This document shows, piece by piece, positions 11,777-25,930 of a DNA stretch of 57,827 nucleotides (its first letter is position 1; the number at the start of each line of letters is the position of its first letter). Position numbers and translations under genes: made by a program. Source of the stretch: Octopus bimaculoides (lineage: Eukaryota); assembly GCF_001194135.2 (NCBI RefSeq), contig NC_068992.1:12786996-12844822 (forward strand), in the 5' to 3' direction. Under the pieces are notes generated by a model. It was not told the DNA's origin. It ran no database searches and worked only from the letters and a program-made list of their open reading frames with translations.

Positions 11777-13479
11777 TGCGGAAATTCTAATATCAATATC
11801 TAATCATATATTTAGCGATCGTTGTACTGATCTTCATATTCTTCAGTATTATTTGTAGTCTTATTATCTATTAAGTAATTTGTTTTTGTTGTTGTTTTTT
11901 TAATGATTATCGTTTATTACATAATTTTACCTGTGATTGTCCTGCAGGGCTATTTTCTGTTTTCCTATTCACACTGCCACTCTACCGTCACACATTTTGT
12001 GTCCACATGTTTTATAAAGTTAATAATCTTTATAAATGTATTTACTTCAGTAGTTTTAAATTCATTTTGTTCTTCCTTTTGTCAACCGAGCTCTACTTCG
12101 TATAGCAGGAATCCCTATACTATTATTTAAATTGTATGCAGTATAAGATTAAATGTAACTGAGACTTTTTCGTAGTGGTATGAATTTTAAATGTCACTGA
12201 AATACACCGATGAAACTAGTTAGTTTAGACACCAACAGATTTTAGCAAAATAATATTTCACGATTATAAAATAACAACATTGGAGACAGTAGAATGGTAG
12301 TTAATAAATGCTTCCCAAACTGTTTCATTATATCTCATGTTACGTTTCATTGCGTTAATTTTCCTTTAATTATTATCAAAAAAGTGTAACACGAAGATTA
12401 ACACCACAGTAAATATTGCCACTCATCTCCGAAACAGGTTGCATAATAAACGTCTAAAATTTGGGTTAATTAATGTGATGAGAAAAGTGAATATTAATGT
12501 AGTGAACTCTAACGTTTAAATCAAAGCCCTACTGCTGAAAGACATAAAATTTAAGCTTTGGGCTCTAACAAAAAGCACTTCAATTTGATTTATATTCATA
12601 ACACAGACAGCTATCATTCAGCATGTGTACCGGGGAAATGATTGTCAAGCAAAGATGGTACATAGACGTAGAGTGACGAAGCAAACATATAACGAAGCAT
12701 AGTTGATAATTATTTGTAATACTACTTTCCTCGTCATAATATGTGTTCGCGGGTTACGCTTTCAATAATATCAACAATACAAAATCATCATATTCATCAT
12801 AATGAAAAATAAAAAAATAAAAAAAACGGTCAGCCTTCATGGAAGCAAATCAGAAAAAATAGTAAAGTGAAACATGCTCTAGTGTTATACTTTCAACAAT
12901 CAGGGATATTTTAAAAAATCTTTAACATAATGATATGATGTTACAAAAATCTTTAAATATATGCTTCAAATTAAAAACGGGAAATATCAGCGCAATTGTA
13001 CATTACTAATTCTGAACAGATTTCACCTACAGATGACAATCACTTCGAAATGAAATATATGTTCCGAGCATCTCTGTGTAATCATATGTGAAATTTCTAT
13101 TCTTTAAAGCAAATATTGACATATCCTATCTTGTTTGTACGACGTACGATGCGGGAGAAAATGTTTTTCATAAATATAGTATACCTTCGAAAAACGTTTT
13201 TACAATTTAGCCAACAATACATGCAATGTCACAATTACTAAACTAAATAGTTGAATCCTCTCCACAGTGATTCGATTTGACTTTTTTTTTTGGCATGTAC
13301 ATAAGGGAGAAAAAAGAAATATTAGAAAGGAGAGAACAGCAGGAAAGTGCAAAGTAAAATACTATCGAATGACAATATAACAAATATGGGTTTTGGAACA
13401 GAAACATAGAATATTCGAAGTGTTCTCATCTCGAGAGTCTCGGTACATACCGATACTACGATACTATTGGTTTGCGATA

Positions 13480-14200
13480 TTGAAGAAGGAGACAAACATT
13501 GATCTGTATTGTCTTCTCAACTACGTGGCATAAAGTTTAATCTGATCCACTGCACCTTGAGAAAGACGACATTGGCTACAAGCAACAACGCGTAAATCCA
13601 TTAATATATGTGTGTAAATGGGTGCGTAAGAGCTTCTTAGTGTGTTAGATTCACGGTCATAAATGACTGAGATGGATCGTAAGAATGCCCTTAATCTTTG
13701 AGTAAGAGGATTTATGTGATTGGTATTAATCTATTCTGTTGAAATGTTTGTTTTCTCCTAGTAGCAGGTTTAAATTTAGTTTTGCCTGAAGCTAAAGAAC
13801 ATCAGTGGATATTCCACGGGCATGCTTTAGAGTAACAGCAAATATGATGCTGGAGAAAGCTAGGGCGATTGCGCAGTCCATTCTACTGCAAATGCCGAGG
13901 GATTCATCAAACTAAATAACATATATAATAACTGAATGAAATTAATGACTGGTTCAGGGTATCCTCAGTGAGCACCAATCTTGACAAATATTTCGAACGG
14001 ACAGTCTCCTCTCACAGGTTTATTCAATTTGGTTTGGTTCACGAATGCTATCTACAGTGGTTATGTTTACTCTCTGCATTTTTCTCATAGATGTTGAAGC
14101 GAGAGTATTATGCTAATTTTGGTACGTCCTGATATAAAATCGTAATACGCTTCAGGATATACATTTCGCGCACTTCATAGGGGTTAGTTTTTCTCGTTTC
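13480..14200 (-). mobile_element. RTE-clade non-LTR retrotransposon, decayed reverse-transcriptase fragment
   Basis: The minus-strand translation VYPEAYYDFISGRT..ILSLQHL*EKCRE*T*PL*IAFVNQTK..KIG parallels the RTE/BovB-type motif VYPESQCGFR..IFSLRQLQEKCREQ..PLYIAFIDLTK. Many stops. Confidence 0.75.
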
Positions 14201-14322
14201 CTACTACTAGGCACGACTACTTTATAGACGCGTGTATACATACATCCCTATATACAGACATACATACATACATCTATGGTGAAACCCATATTCCAGAAGA
14301 CAAAAATCTTTCCCTAGGATTT

Positions 14323-14359
<37 letters not shown>

Positions 14360-14430
14360 TTGTTAGTGTGTGTGTAAATATATATATGTTCATTTATATA
14401 TACATATATACATATGTGTGTGTGCGCATT

Positions 14431-14480
<50 letters not shown>

Positions 14481-16778
14481 TGCAAATGTGAAACACCACT
14501 GACCGGCATCATACCTAGCATACATTAATTACATCTTGTTGCTGATAACGTAGAATGATCGTAAACAGTGAATGTGTCGGCGTGGCACAATTCCATGCTG
14601 CTAATACCATTCCGTAATAGAATACTATATTACAAAATTATTTAAATTACACTCAAAATATTACACTCCCTGTAATGTACACATATAAATGTATTGTAAC
14701 TATGTTTGTAAATGACCAATTGAGGATCAATAGTGATGGATGTAGTCGCTGAAGTGATACTGAATGAAAGAAATCAACCAAGTATCTACTAAGTTAATAA
14801 CCTACAACTAATCAGATTTTTTGAATGGCAATTGTTCAGATCGAGTCAGCTTGACACAGCATATTCCGCAATCTAGGAAATATTTGACAAACTAAACGAG
14901 ACATACAGAGAAGAATAAAGCAAGAAACAGATAAAGGAATAAAAGCAGAGAAAAATGCAATTTAGAATTAGTGTAGTAGTTTATTTATTGAATCGCAATC
15001 ATGTCAAGAAAAATCAATGTATGTATGCCGTGAATTTAGTGGTGCGTAAAGACCTATTGTAGAAGGTTCCTCAAGTTCAGTATTTTCAGCACACTTTTTG
15101 TTTTATTTAAGAACAAAAGAGGTATCTGCACCACATGCAGAGAGATCTACTAAACACACTGTCTGTGTAAAAGGGACAAGTTATTATACCATCACATACA
15201 CTGCAGCGACCAGCATTTGTTTCCTTTGAAACTGCCTCGGTGTGTTCACAATAAATACTCGATTAATGTTTCCGATTTCATTGTACAAATACAGACTTTA
15301 TTTTCTTTTTTGATTTTGGTTGGGTGATTTAAGCACAGATCAGTAAGCAATTTGTCCGCAGACGGTATAAAGTAATCTATCAGTTTAGTTTAGGGTCAGA
15401 TTTCTAGCTATTTCTGGCTCTCAGGACGCAAATTGTCGAAACAGTGGTGTGCTAAAATACTGTGCGCCAATGAACGAAGTGTGTTGAACACACTGTCGTC
15501 GTATGATTTATTGAACACACTGCCGTCGTAAAAGGCAGAAGTCATTCTCTGATGACGCACTTTGCAGAAACAGGTATATTCAATGTCCGGATCTGCCTAG
15601 ACGTGTTAGGAATAAATATTCGAATAATCGTTCTTTATTTTTTGATGATTACAAAAGTTTTTTTAATCATGCAGAAAATTGTAGTGCTCCTGTGTTTCTC
15701 CAGATGCATACTGTTTTCGAAGCACACATTCCAAGAGCGTGTTATTAATATTGTAACACTTTGAGTTAGTATACTGCCAAAATGTGACTGTGAAATCAAT
15801 CATTTGTAGTAATTCTTTTCGCAAAATCGATAAATGATCAATTTGTCGAATCCATTTTACTGTAGAGATGTGCATATTTTAAGCTAAACGAATTGCACCA
15901 TTTTATGACCTTGAAATACCGATGTACATATTTTATTGCTCTAATATTTGTTGTCTCTGGACAAGCTAAAATGATAACTTCCAATATAACACCTATTCAG
16001 TGTTTCAATATATGAAAATCACAAATTAAATCGCTTATGCACTCCCTCCTATATAATTCAGTTCGATTCACTGTTTTTGTATAGAATTACATCAAATTAC
16101 GAAGAATACTACGTGCTGCAGGTCGAGTTAAAGTAAACAAATGAAATGTGTGTGTGTCTGGATAGATGGACGGGTGGATGGACGGGTGGATGGATGCAAA
16201 TAAGACCACTAGTATTTCTCTGTATAATATAAACATTGCAGCAATATAACAACTGCATCTTATATGAGGCGAAATCAGAGAAATAATGTAGTTTCAGAAT
16301 ATATCATATAACATACCTCATCACTAGTCTTTATGAAGTTCATATACACTTCATTGTTCCTTATGGAATTGGTAAACTATAACAATTTACAAGAGTTATG
16401 GAAATTTAATGGTACTACTAATTCTAAACGAAATGCGGAACATTTTCTGAAAGGTAGCACAAATTTATTGTCGTAACGCTAATATTGACTGTTTCTGTTT
16501 TTTCTTTGTGTCCTAAACGCATCTTCTGCCGAGAGCATGATAAAGAGAGGACAATGTCTCAGTCTTACTTGCAAACACGGCTCGAAATGTGTATCAATAC
16601 GACATTGCTTTCCCTTTTTTCAGTGGATTTTGTGATATAAATTTTGAGATTTTTCTCCGATATGCCATTAAAAATTTTGCTTCATTGACAGCAACATGAA
16701 TATTTTACCTCTGTCATTATATGTCATTATATCATTATTTTCGATGTTACTGAGGCTAACACATGAATAATTATTTTC

Positions 16779-16835
<57 letters not shown>

Positions 16836-16838
<3 letters not shown>

Positions 16839-17200
16839 CAAAACTCCTTTGATTTGTGGTGTTGCCACCCTCCAAGCACACGCATGAAGATTTTCACTCT
16901 GCTAGGCCTTGTCTCAGCTGTTATGCCTTTAGTACAGACGTGCTGTAGTGCGCGCTCGTGGGATTTTCATTTTGACGCAAGCTGACCGAACGCATCCAAC
17001 AGAGGCTAAAAACCTAAGTATCATCAATGATGATGCACTTCATAAAGTGTCGGTCGTGGTTTGGGCTTGTGCGCAACATTTTACTGTTCTCTGTTCTCGG
17101 TACACCTTTATCTTGTAATCCGAATTCTTTGCGCCATATGAACCTATACCTCAGTGCTACCTGCATTTATTTACCTTACTACATACCCCTCTCTGCTTCT
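16836..17200. other. GC-richer island beginning at a (TA)n tract; probable interspersed repeat of undetermined class; carries a small ORF (see findings)
   Basis: Sharp compositional boundary at TA/GGCAAAAC; no diagnostic TE protein motif found. Confidence 0.35.
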
Positions 17201-19506
17201 CTCTCTAAGTAAGCATACATGTGTATGTGTCTCTATGTCATGGCGTGCCTAGGTCGCCTGCTTATATATCATTTATTCTCTTAAATCGCATACTTACGTA
17301 CCGATCTAGCAATTTATCATATATTTGGACAACATAATATTTATATAAAATACAGTATGCAATTTCATATATTCTTTGCCGAAATTCATACAACCTGTTT
17401 TTGATATTACGTTTCCTTTTAGAAAAATTCTCACGGTAAATATTTTACAATTTGATGCGATGCGCATGGGTTCCTATCTCTGAATTTCGGTTCAGATCAG
17501 AACGAATTCATTATTCAGAGTCTGTGATCACAGAAAAGATACGTACGAGGCTCGATTCTATTGATTTTATTATTCCTTAGAATATTATTGTGATGTAGAA
17601 CTATTACTATTTTCAGCGTTATTAGCTGCAGCAGTTGCAGCAGTGTTGAATTATATAAAGAATAGCAGATGAATTAGTTATCTATTCAAATGAAGTTTTC
17701 CTATCCTATAATTCTTTAGCGCATATAAGGTTTATTGTATTTTTCTTGCTTGAATTAAAGAAAGAAACAAAGTATAATTATTTGAAAAATAAATATCAAT
17801 AAATAAATGAATGGGTGAAACAGGAATTCAACAAAACTAATATAAAGAATGAATAAATAGCCTACTTGGAACCTTTATGGAATATACCAGTCCATTTCCA
17901 TTAGTACTACCTGTCAGTCAACAATTTTATTTGTCTGGGATATAAAATGAATTCCATTAGAGATCTCAAATAACTAGTGAAAAAATATTACATGGAATGT
18001 GAAGTATTTTCCAAAAGCTTTTTGAGAACTACCTTCAATTAATACCAGGTTTCAAATTGCAATTTATCATACACTTCAAATATTTCAAACATTATTTTAA
18101 AAATATATATCCATTTATCTTTAGATATGTAAAACAAATATATATTTCTAATTCATCTACCTATAATATATTCGATTTTAATATTTGTTTTGTTTTGTTG
18201 AATAAAGAATATTATATCCATCATATAGTGAAGCAAATAGTCTTGAATATTGGAAATCAAAATAGTTCATTACATTGTAACAAAATGTAAGAGAATTTAG
18301 TTGATAAAAGAAAATGTATTCAGAGTAATAATGTAAGTTTTGCAAAGGAGTCACTGTATGTTCTAAAAATACCACTATGAATATATAATTCAATATAAAT
18401 AAATAAATGAACGAATAACCAAAAGGAATCTTAAATTCCATTATCGAAAAATATAGTAAATTTATTTTTAAAAATTACCTTTATTTAAATTTGCATAGCC
18501 CTATAGAATAATGTAATGTCGTTGTGTTCCTACTTTTTGATGAGCAATGCTATTTGAAATATTGTATTTCAGCATATTATCGACTTAACAGATCGTTTTC
18601 TGGCAAGCCAGGAATATATATCATTGGACTGTTTAAAAAAAATATGAAATGCTTTACTTTTCTTTTGAGTACAAAGTCCAAAGGAAAAATATACTCACAT
18701 CCGTGTTGTTGTTAATGCCAATAACGAAATGAGTGGAATAGAGAAATTCTGAAATATTTGAACTGCAGTATTTGCAAGTTCAATGCGTTTTGTAGAAACA
18801 TTCTGTGTTACATATGATCAAGAAAATGAAGTTGTAGGTGAAAAGGGAGCAGGGAGAACGAGGAGAAGAAAGGCTGACATGGACAAGAAAGTAGATGACG
18901 CTGGTACAGTAATTATAATATTTTCTAACATCAGAATATTACTAGAGTATTTGTGAAAACGTTGACAAATGGGTGACAGCTTTGTTTGAAATTTTTTAGT
19001 GATAACTTTTTAATTGAAGAAAATATAATGAAATGGGGAATGCTGCGAAATGCAAATAAGATTAACGATTCTTAATCTTTTACAACAAAATATGAAAATA
19101 CAACAAATGAACTACAGCTGTGAAACAATTTGTAATAATAATAAGTTTCATTACGCAACAGTTTGAATGTGTTGTGGATCTATTCAGATGCAACAATAAC
19201 AACAAAAACAATATTAGTGATACAATCATTACGACATAATCCTTGTATACGGGAATATTTAAGTAGCTGATATTTATTGAAATAATGATATATATACACG
19301 TTCAATAAATAAATACAATTCCTACATGACAAGGTAGAGCCTCAATTGAATATTGTATGAAACAATTAATTTAAATGTTCAGAAATGCTTTGTGAATGCT
19401 GTTATTAAAACATGTTACATTAAAATTGTTTATGGGAAACGACTCTCAATTAGCTTTTAAACGGAAACCTTGGCATGGAAGATTGCGCCTGTACATAATT
19501 ATATCA

Positions 19507-19684
19507 TAATTGGTTTCGAATTTTGGCATAGGCTAACGATTTCTGGGAGGGGTTAAGTCGATCAGATCGATCTGAATGTTCAATTGTCATCTATTTGATC
19601 GGCTCTGAAAGGAGCGTAAAGATGGTCGAAATGCAGCTACACATTTGTCTCTGCGTGCTAACAATTCTGCCAAGCTCACTGCCT
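19507..19684 (-). mobile_element. SINE family A, decayed
   Basis: TTTCGAATTTTGGCATAGGC tail, GGGGTTAAGTCGATCAGATCGA core and GCTAACAATTCTGCCAAGCTC head (reverse complement). Confidence 0.75.
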
Positions 19685-22130
19685 TCAAACTTTTGTTATA
19701 CTTAACTACGAAATAGCGTCAACCATTCCGTCGATTTCTCAGACAATCAATGTATTGCTTTAGATTTTTCAATCAAATTATGGCTCTCCGTTTCGCATTC
19801 ATATATTAGAAAATCCGGTAACTAAACATTTGGTAACTAAACGAGGCTATAAAATATTTTTCAATTTATTAGTTGAAAATCAACACTACAAGGTGCCTAT
19901 GAAATATGAACATATTTTCGTTACTAAATGAACCTAGTATATTTTTAGCAAATGAAGCTCTCTTGGTTATTTTGGTATCCGAGCTTATAACCAAGCTATA
20001 AGATTGTTACTAGCCGCTCTAGTCACTGAACGAGTCAAAGTTACGCTTAGTTATTTATGCGTTTGTACATCGAACATATGTACATACAAGGACAAATGCG
20101 AAAAAGAGCATAAGTGAATGAATATCTACGTGTATATGTTTGGGTGGATGTATATATGAACTCTGTGTATATGTATTTGCAATGAAATTGTAGGGAAGCA
20201 TAACATTCACTTGTGTGCAGCAATACTTATATGGTGTGGTAGTAATACTAACGTCAGTTTTTGGAAATTGGCTTACGCATGTATTCTCCAGCATCGAGTA
20301 TGTATATCGCTTTACGTTCGAAACTGTAATACATTCATATGCTTTCGACAATTGTTTTCACCTCATTTTATCCCTTTTGTATCTTATCAAACGATATAAA
20401 ATTTACATTTAATATGTGCTCCTATCACGTATCTTATCTGAGTTACTTGAATTATTGATTTCATATTGATTATACTCCTATTGTTTTTCCCATACTCTAT
20501 GATAGCTTTTATTTCATTTCTGTTGAAATCGCTTCTAATATCAAAACCTTACCTACTTTGTCATACAATGTTAGGAAGACCTTTCATTGTGGTTGGCTGG
20601 AAAGAATATCTCCTGATGCAATGCTTTGTTTAGCCAATCTTATTGCATGCATCATCGGGATCAGATAATTACGTCACGACTTGTTCTACTTTCGTATACT
20701 TCATTATTGATATTGTTGGGAATTGTAGAAATATGATTTACAGTGACGAAGATAAAGTCAACACGCAACTACACCTTGATTGTTTTCTATAACCTATGAT
20801 TACCATTGTTATCCCTTACTTAATGATCTGGCTATAGCAGCAATTTTTGTCTATCAAACTAAGTAAAATATGTTCTACTATTTCGCATGGCAATTTCGTT
20901 CCGTGTCTTTGGAATGACATAAGTTGTTGTGAGACAGTATACTATTTCCAGTTGCTTCATTTCCTTCTATCATTCAATTCTGATCTAAGTTTTGAATATT
21001 GATCACTGTATACTTGAATCTGAGAAACCACACAGTAGGCACTTGTTTCCCCTTCGAGCAAATACATTTATGCATATACACATACATGCGCGCGTATGAA
21101 TTGAATGAGAGAAGGAAAAAACATTATTTATCAATCTCTCTCACACCTATTTATTCCTCACTAATCACATGCAAATACAGCTTCTTATGCCCTTTTCTGA
21201 AGATAATAGATTTCGTCCTTCAAGTATGAAATATGGTGTTTTCTTTTTTTTATAAATTAAAACCCTAGTTCCATACGGTAAAATATCATTTAATAAACTA
21301 AGTGTTTAAAAACAATTCACAAGTTCGTAACACATTCGATCATTTTCATTCTTTTGATTAATAACTACCTTAAATCTCATCAGTTATTATAACATTCTTA
21401 AGATCTGAATTGAATTCACTACCCAGAAAACTAATAGGAATAATTCATACGCCCATAATTCGTTTGCCCAGCCCGTAATTAATGGTTGCAGTGCATAGCC
21501 AAATTAAATTTTATACGGCACAGCACGACATTAAGATCTCATGTACTGCAGTGATCAATGCGTGTTTCTCATACTTGTATTTTTCCTTTATATTTATGAA
21601 ATTTTGTTATTTCATTTTGCTGCATAATTATACGTTAACTAATTTGAGCTTCCTTTGCTAATCATTTTTTTCCAGATCACGTTAGGCGTATTTGCTTTAT
21701 ATCCCTCAGTATAATCTTTTGCGTGAAACAATAGTTTTTTTTGCAAACATTCTGTTCTTAATTAATTCTAGTGTCAGAAACTGTCTCCAATCACGTAATC
21801 GGTAATCAGTATAGAGATTTTTAGTTATCTCATAACTGACTGAACGACTTCATTATTGAACTCATAAAATACATGATGAGCCTTAGATGGCACGGTGGTA
21901 TCATATTCGTAGCTCTAATTCTTCTGTCGCTAAGATCTAGCGTGCTTCTATCTAGATTTAATGTATGATAATTTCACTATGTTGCGAGAGTAACGATCAA
22001 TGAGTTTAGGCAAGTTTTGAAAGTAAATAGACGATAACTCTGAACTAATGGAATGTACCAACGAAATAACCCAAACCAAATAGTTACATATATTATAGAC
22101 AGGTCTGAAGTTGACTAACGTTTTCTTCTT

Positions 22131-23137
22131 TTCAATCACATTGTTAAGTTATCTTCGTCCATGTTGTTAATTCTTTGCCCCTTAAAGAAATGAGCCAAGA
22201 CTCAGAAAATATGGTAATCTGATGATCCATGGTGTGGTTCCTTTGCAGCGTAAGGCAGCGATTTGAGCACCTCATGTTGCTCAAGACTACTTTGTCATGT
22301 TGGCAGTGTGCGTTGTGGCATTGTCATTCAGTAAGAGTGCGTGTTTTCGATTGACAAATGCTGGATAGCCGATTTTTAAACCATCATATATTCGTAGCAG
22401 TTGTTGAGCATAATCGTCACCGTTCATAGCCTGACCATACAAGATAAGCTCAAACTGCTGCCTCATGAAATTACACCAAACACAAAATAACTTTCTGTTC
22501 AAAACGCGTTTGCTTCACATCAGCTCTGAAGCGTGGATGATACACTTTTTTCATTCTCAGTTATACAATTCGACATCAAAAGAGGTCATCTCGAGGATAT
22601 GCCAGTAGTTGTTTGCAAATATTTAGACGCCGTTGTGCTTGGTCATTAAGCAGTTCATGATTAACCTCTCAACAGCGACGTTTTTATCAGGATATCTCCC
22701 TTTTTGAAAGCCGATTCTGAAATGGATTATGTCGGGTCCTAGTTGATGATTTGGTGCATTCGATCATTATTGATCTGAACAGGTCGACCGGAACAGGTCG
22801 ATCGAATTTTATCTCTTTGAACCGTAGAAAGCCCTCCTGGGCAGTGCATTCAGTAATGACACAGCACAAACATCTCAATCGGCTTTGACAGCTTTAAAAC
22901 CTTGACTAAAAGTCAACAAGAAGCATATTTTGAAAATGCTGTTTTTTCCTAGTTCATGCACCATCGCCATATCTTTGAAAAGAGATAACATTTATTTAAA
23001 TTTCAAATACGATACTTCAAAGCTGTAGAGGAAGTATCGAGTTATAGAAAAAATGAAGCACCACAATTAAAAATACATTTTGTTTCAATTCAAATAACAC
23101 ATGATTAAAACGAACAAATTTCTCTGACACCCCGATA
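22131..23137 (-). mobile_element. mariner (DD34D)-type transposon remnant with 5' terminal inverted repeat; transposase pseudogene
   Basis: The minus strand gives QGFKAVK (N-terminal region), KLFCVWCNF, GYPAFVNRKHALLLNDNATTHTA and SSDYHIF*VLAHFFKGQR (decayed YSPDLAPSD region). A TIR-like end with TA lies at about 23110-23137. The opposite TIR was not seen. Confidence 0.85.
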
Positions 23138-24959
23138 TATTGGAATCAAGGGCAGCGTTTCGAGCAGTGGGTAAACCAACTCCGGTCCCTGATTCTAGCA
23201 TTTTGAACCAAACGTAATAGCTCGACACGAGTTTCCATCATAAATCTTTTAAAAATTCCTTTTGATACTTAGTAATTCTTGCTAAATGTATTTGCTAAAA
23301 GAAATGAATATTCACACACCATCCTAAATATATAATTTCTAAAATGTTTCCATCTCCATCACTTTATGTGTTTGATCTCATAACATATCCTAACGTTCTT
23401 TTCGCATCTCCGTTGTTTTGATATCTACGTTTCATGACATCGCCGTTTTGAAAATTGATTATATTCTATTTCTGTTTCAATGTTGCATATATAGTTTTGC
23501 CGATATCATAATATTAAAAAGGGACAAATAGACGTTCATATATTCACCTTTTTGCTTATATATGAAAGAAATGTTATATCAAATTAAATTTGAAGGTAAT
23601 GGATGACAAACGGAAACCCAGAAAGGTGTTATGATATATTGCCAGTGAAACTACCAGAGATGTAGAGAAGCGGAAAATTGTGCAAACTAAAACGAATTGA
23701 TATCTTAAGGATGAATAATATAATGGCGATCATGAATTTAAAAATATAAAATAGGTGTAATTTAGTTGGAATTATTCCTTTGTGATGGAAAACTGTTTCA
23801 TACATCTTAGCAATTCAATTTCTATGGTGAGTTAAATGCGAAATCTTGCAAAAATAGGACATAGAGAACACGCCCTAGCATACATACATACACATTACTT
23901 ACAGCACATCTCACATGCATACACATATATACACACGCACACACACACAAACATATAAATGCGTACGTGCACGCATATATGTGCATTTATATGCATACAC
24001 ATACATATATATATATACACACAAATATATATGTGTGTAAATGTGAATGTGTTTATATGCATGTATGTATATATTTATATTTGTATATCCCATGCGCGCA
24101 TGGATTAGAGAATTCGCAATAAGTAATACACGTATACGAATTATTAATCACAATATCATAGCAAAAGTTAACCAGGAATTGTGAATCCTCCATGAATTCG
24201 TTTTAATTTTTCTTCCACTGTTACAGTCGTTATAATATATATTTGAAAATCTATCTTGCAATAAACTAGTCTTATTTGTTTCGATTTTACCGTTCGTGTG
24301 TTTCATTTGTTTGATAATTCTTACCTTATCCCTTTATTCATTTAGAATTTTTCTTCCATCTAGGAATAAAATTACAGCGTGGGCATCGAAATATACATGA
24401 ATTAGGTAGCAGTTTAATCAGAAGACTGTGAAACCATAAGTACTGGGTAATCTAATAGAATGACTTCAAAGCATGAGACATAATTCATTTGAATCTTTGA
24501 AACGTGTAGTGAATATATTATGATCTCGCTCTCAATTATAATTAGAACGAAAGCTAACAGCAAAACTATATCTATCTACGCTTCTCTCTGTGGTGGCGAC
24601 TCTCATGCCTTCTCGATTCACATGCCTCTCACATCTGGTGAATTGAAAATAAGTCAATCACCGAACAAGGTTATATATACCTATCTCGCAACTGGTGTGG
24701 AGTAATACTTACTATGATTGATATTTTGCAATGAATTACTACTCTCTAGTAGGCGTCCTACTAACAATTTTATTATTTTCTACGACTCTGGTGATAGGCT
24801 CAACTATTACCTTCTGACAATAATTCCAGCATAATGCATTCCAATTGTGAATGACCTGTACATACACTTATATATATATGCATGCATACACGCACACCTC
24901 ACACAGGCACATACACACACCCATATATTATTAATCGCTAAATCGACAAGTTAATCTTT

Positions 24960-25113
24960 TATTCTCTGTTTATTTCCTCGTTTTCCTTTCTGTTGAAGAG
25001 CGTAGGCTCGAAACGTAAAAGACATTCTCACCATCTCGAGCGTCAAACTAATACACCTTCTTGTTGTTTATACACCCGTCTTTGTCTTTTGTTTTCTGTA
25101 AATTTCAACTATA
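24960..25113 (+). mobile_element. Penelope-like element terminal (pseudo-LTR-type) fragment
   Basis: TTGAAGAGCGTAGGCTCGAAACGT followed by a pyrimidine/T-rich tail running into a microsatellite resembles PLE termini. No RT or GIY-YIG sequence is present, so the class is inferred. Confidence 0.45.
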
Positions 25114-25115
25114 TA

Positions 25116-25152
<37 letters not shown>

Positions 25153-25930
25153 ACGCACGCGCGCATGCACACACAAACATATACACGTATATTCACCTGA
25201 AATAATCCCAGTTACTTGATTAATTGATAGGTATATAAAAGTTGTGGCCATCATAATTGCGTGGTGTATAAACCGATCAAGGAGAAAAGCATGGGAGAAG
25301 CATTTACTCGATAAATCACTGAAACTTATTTTTTTCGAAAGTTAATGACGAACAAAAAAGAGAAAAAGCTCAACGTACTTTAAAGTATGAGTGAAAGTCC
25401 GAATTATGAGTTGCAAAAAGTTGATAGAATATAATTTAGCGTTCGCATATCTCATGTAGTAAAAGTGTAATACTTCAAGCGCGGCAATAAAATCTTGGGT
25501 TGCCTACATAAGATATTTTGTGAAAGGTGACAAATTTAGTCATTAAATATTTCTCATAACATTATCGACGTGATTTCAAATTTTGATTAAATATCCCTTA
25601 TACTTCATCCCCAGCTTCTCTTACTGACCCCGGGTCATAGAGCCCATTCATCTCAACCAATGTGTGCCATAACCGATTTTAATGCCACAGCAAATTTTAA
25701 AATGTGATCGAAGTGAATAAAAATTATATAAATATATCTACAAGGATATTAGATCACCTTTTTAATTGTGCTGCGGCGTTAAAATCGGTAATTGGCTGGG
25801 ATGGACATGCTCCATGAACCTGGGTCACTAAGAACCGCTGAGGATAAACTAAGGGATACTTTCACAAAGTTCGAAGTCACGGTGATACGGGTACGTATCA
25901 CGATTTCAATTTTCGGTTATTTTCGTCAGT

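Noticed and set aside
15549-15576. CTGATGA...GAAAC-AG-GTA hammerhead-like words
   Set aside because: Helix II closes with a C-A mismatch and there is no helix I complementarity
20605-20690. CCAAT box, CRE-like TTACGTCA and an imperfect hairpin
   Set aside because: Short motifs are expected by chance, and there is no linked transcription unit
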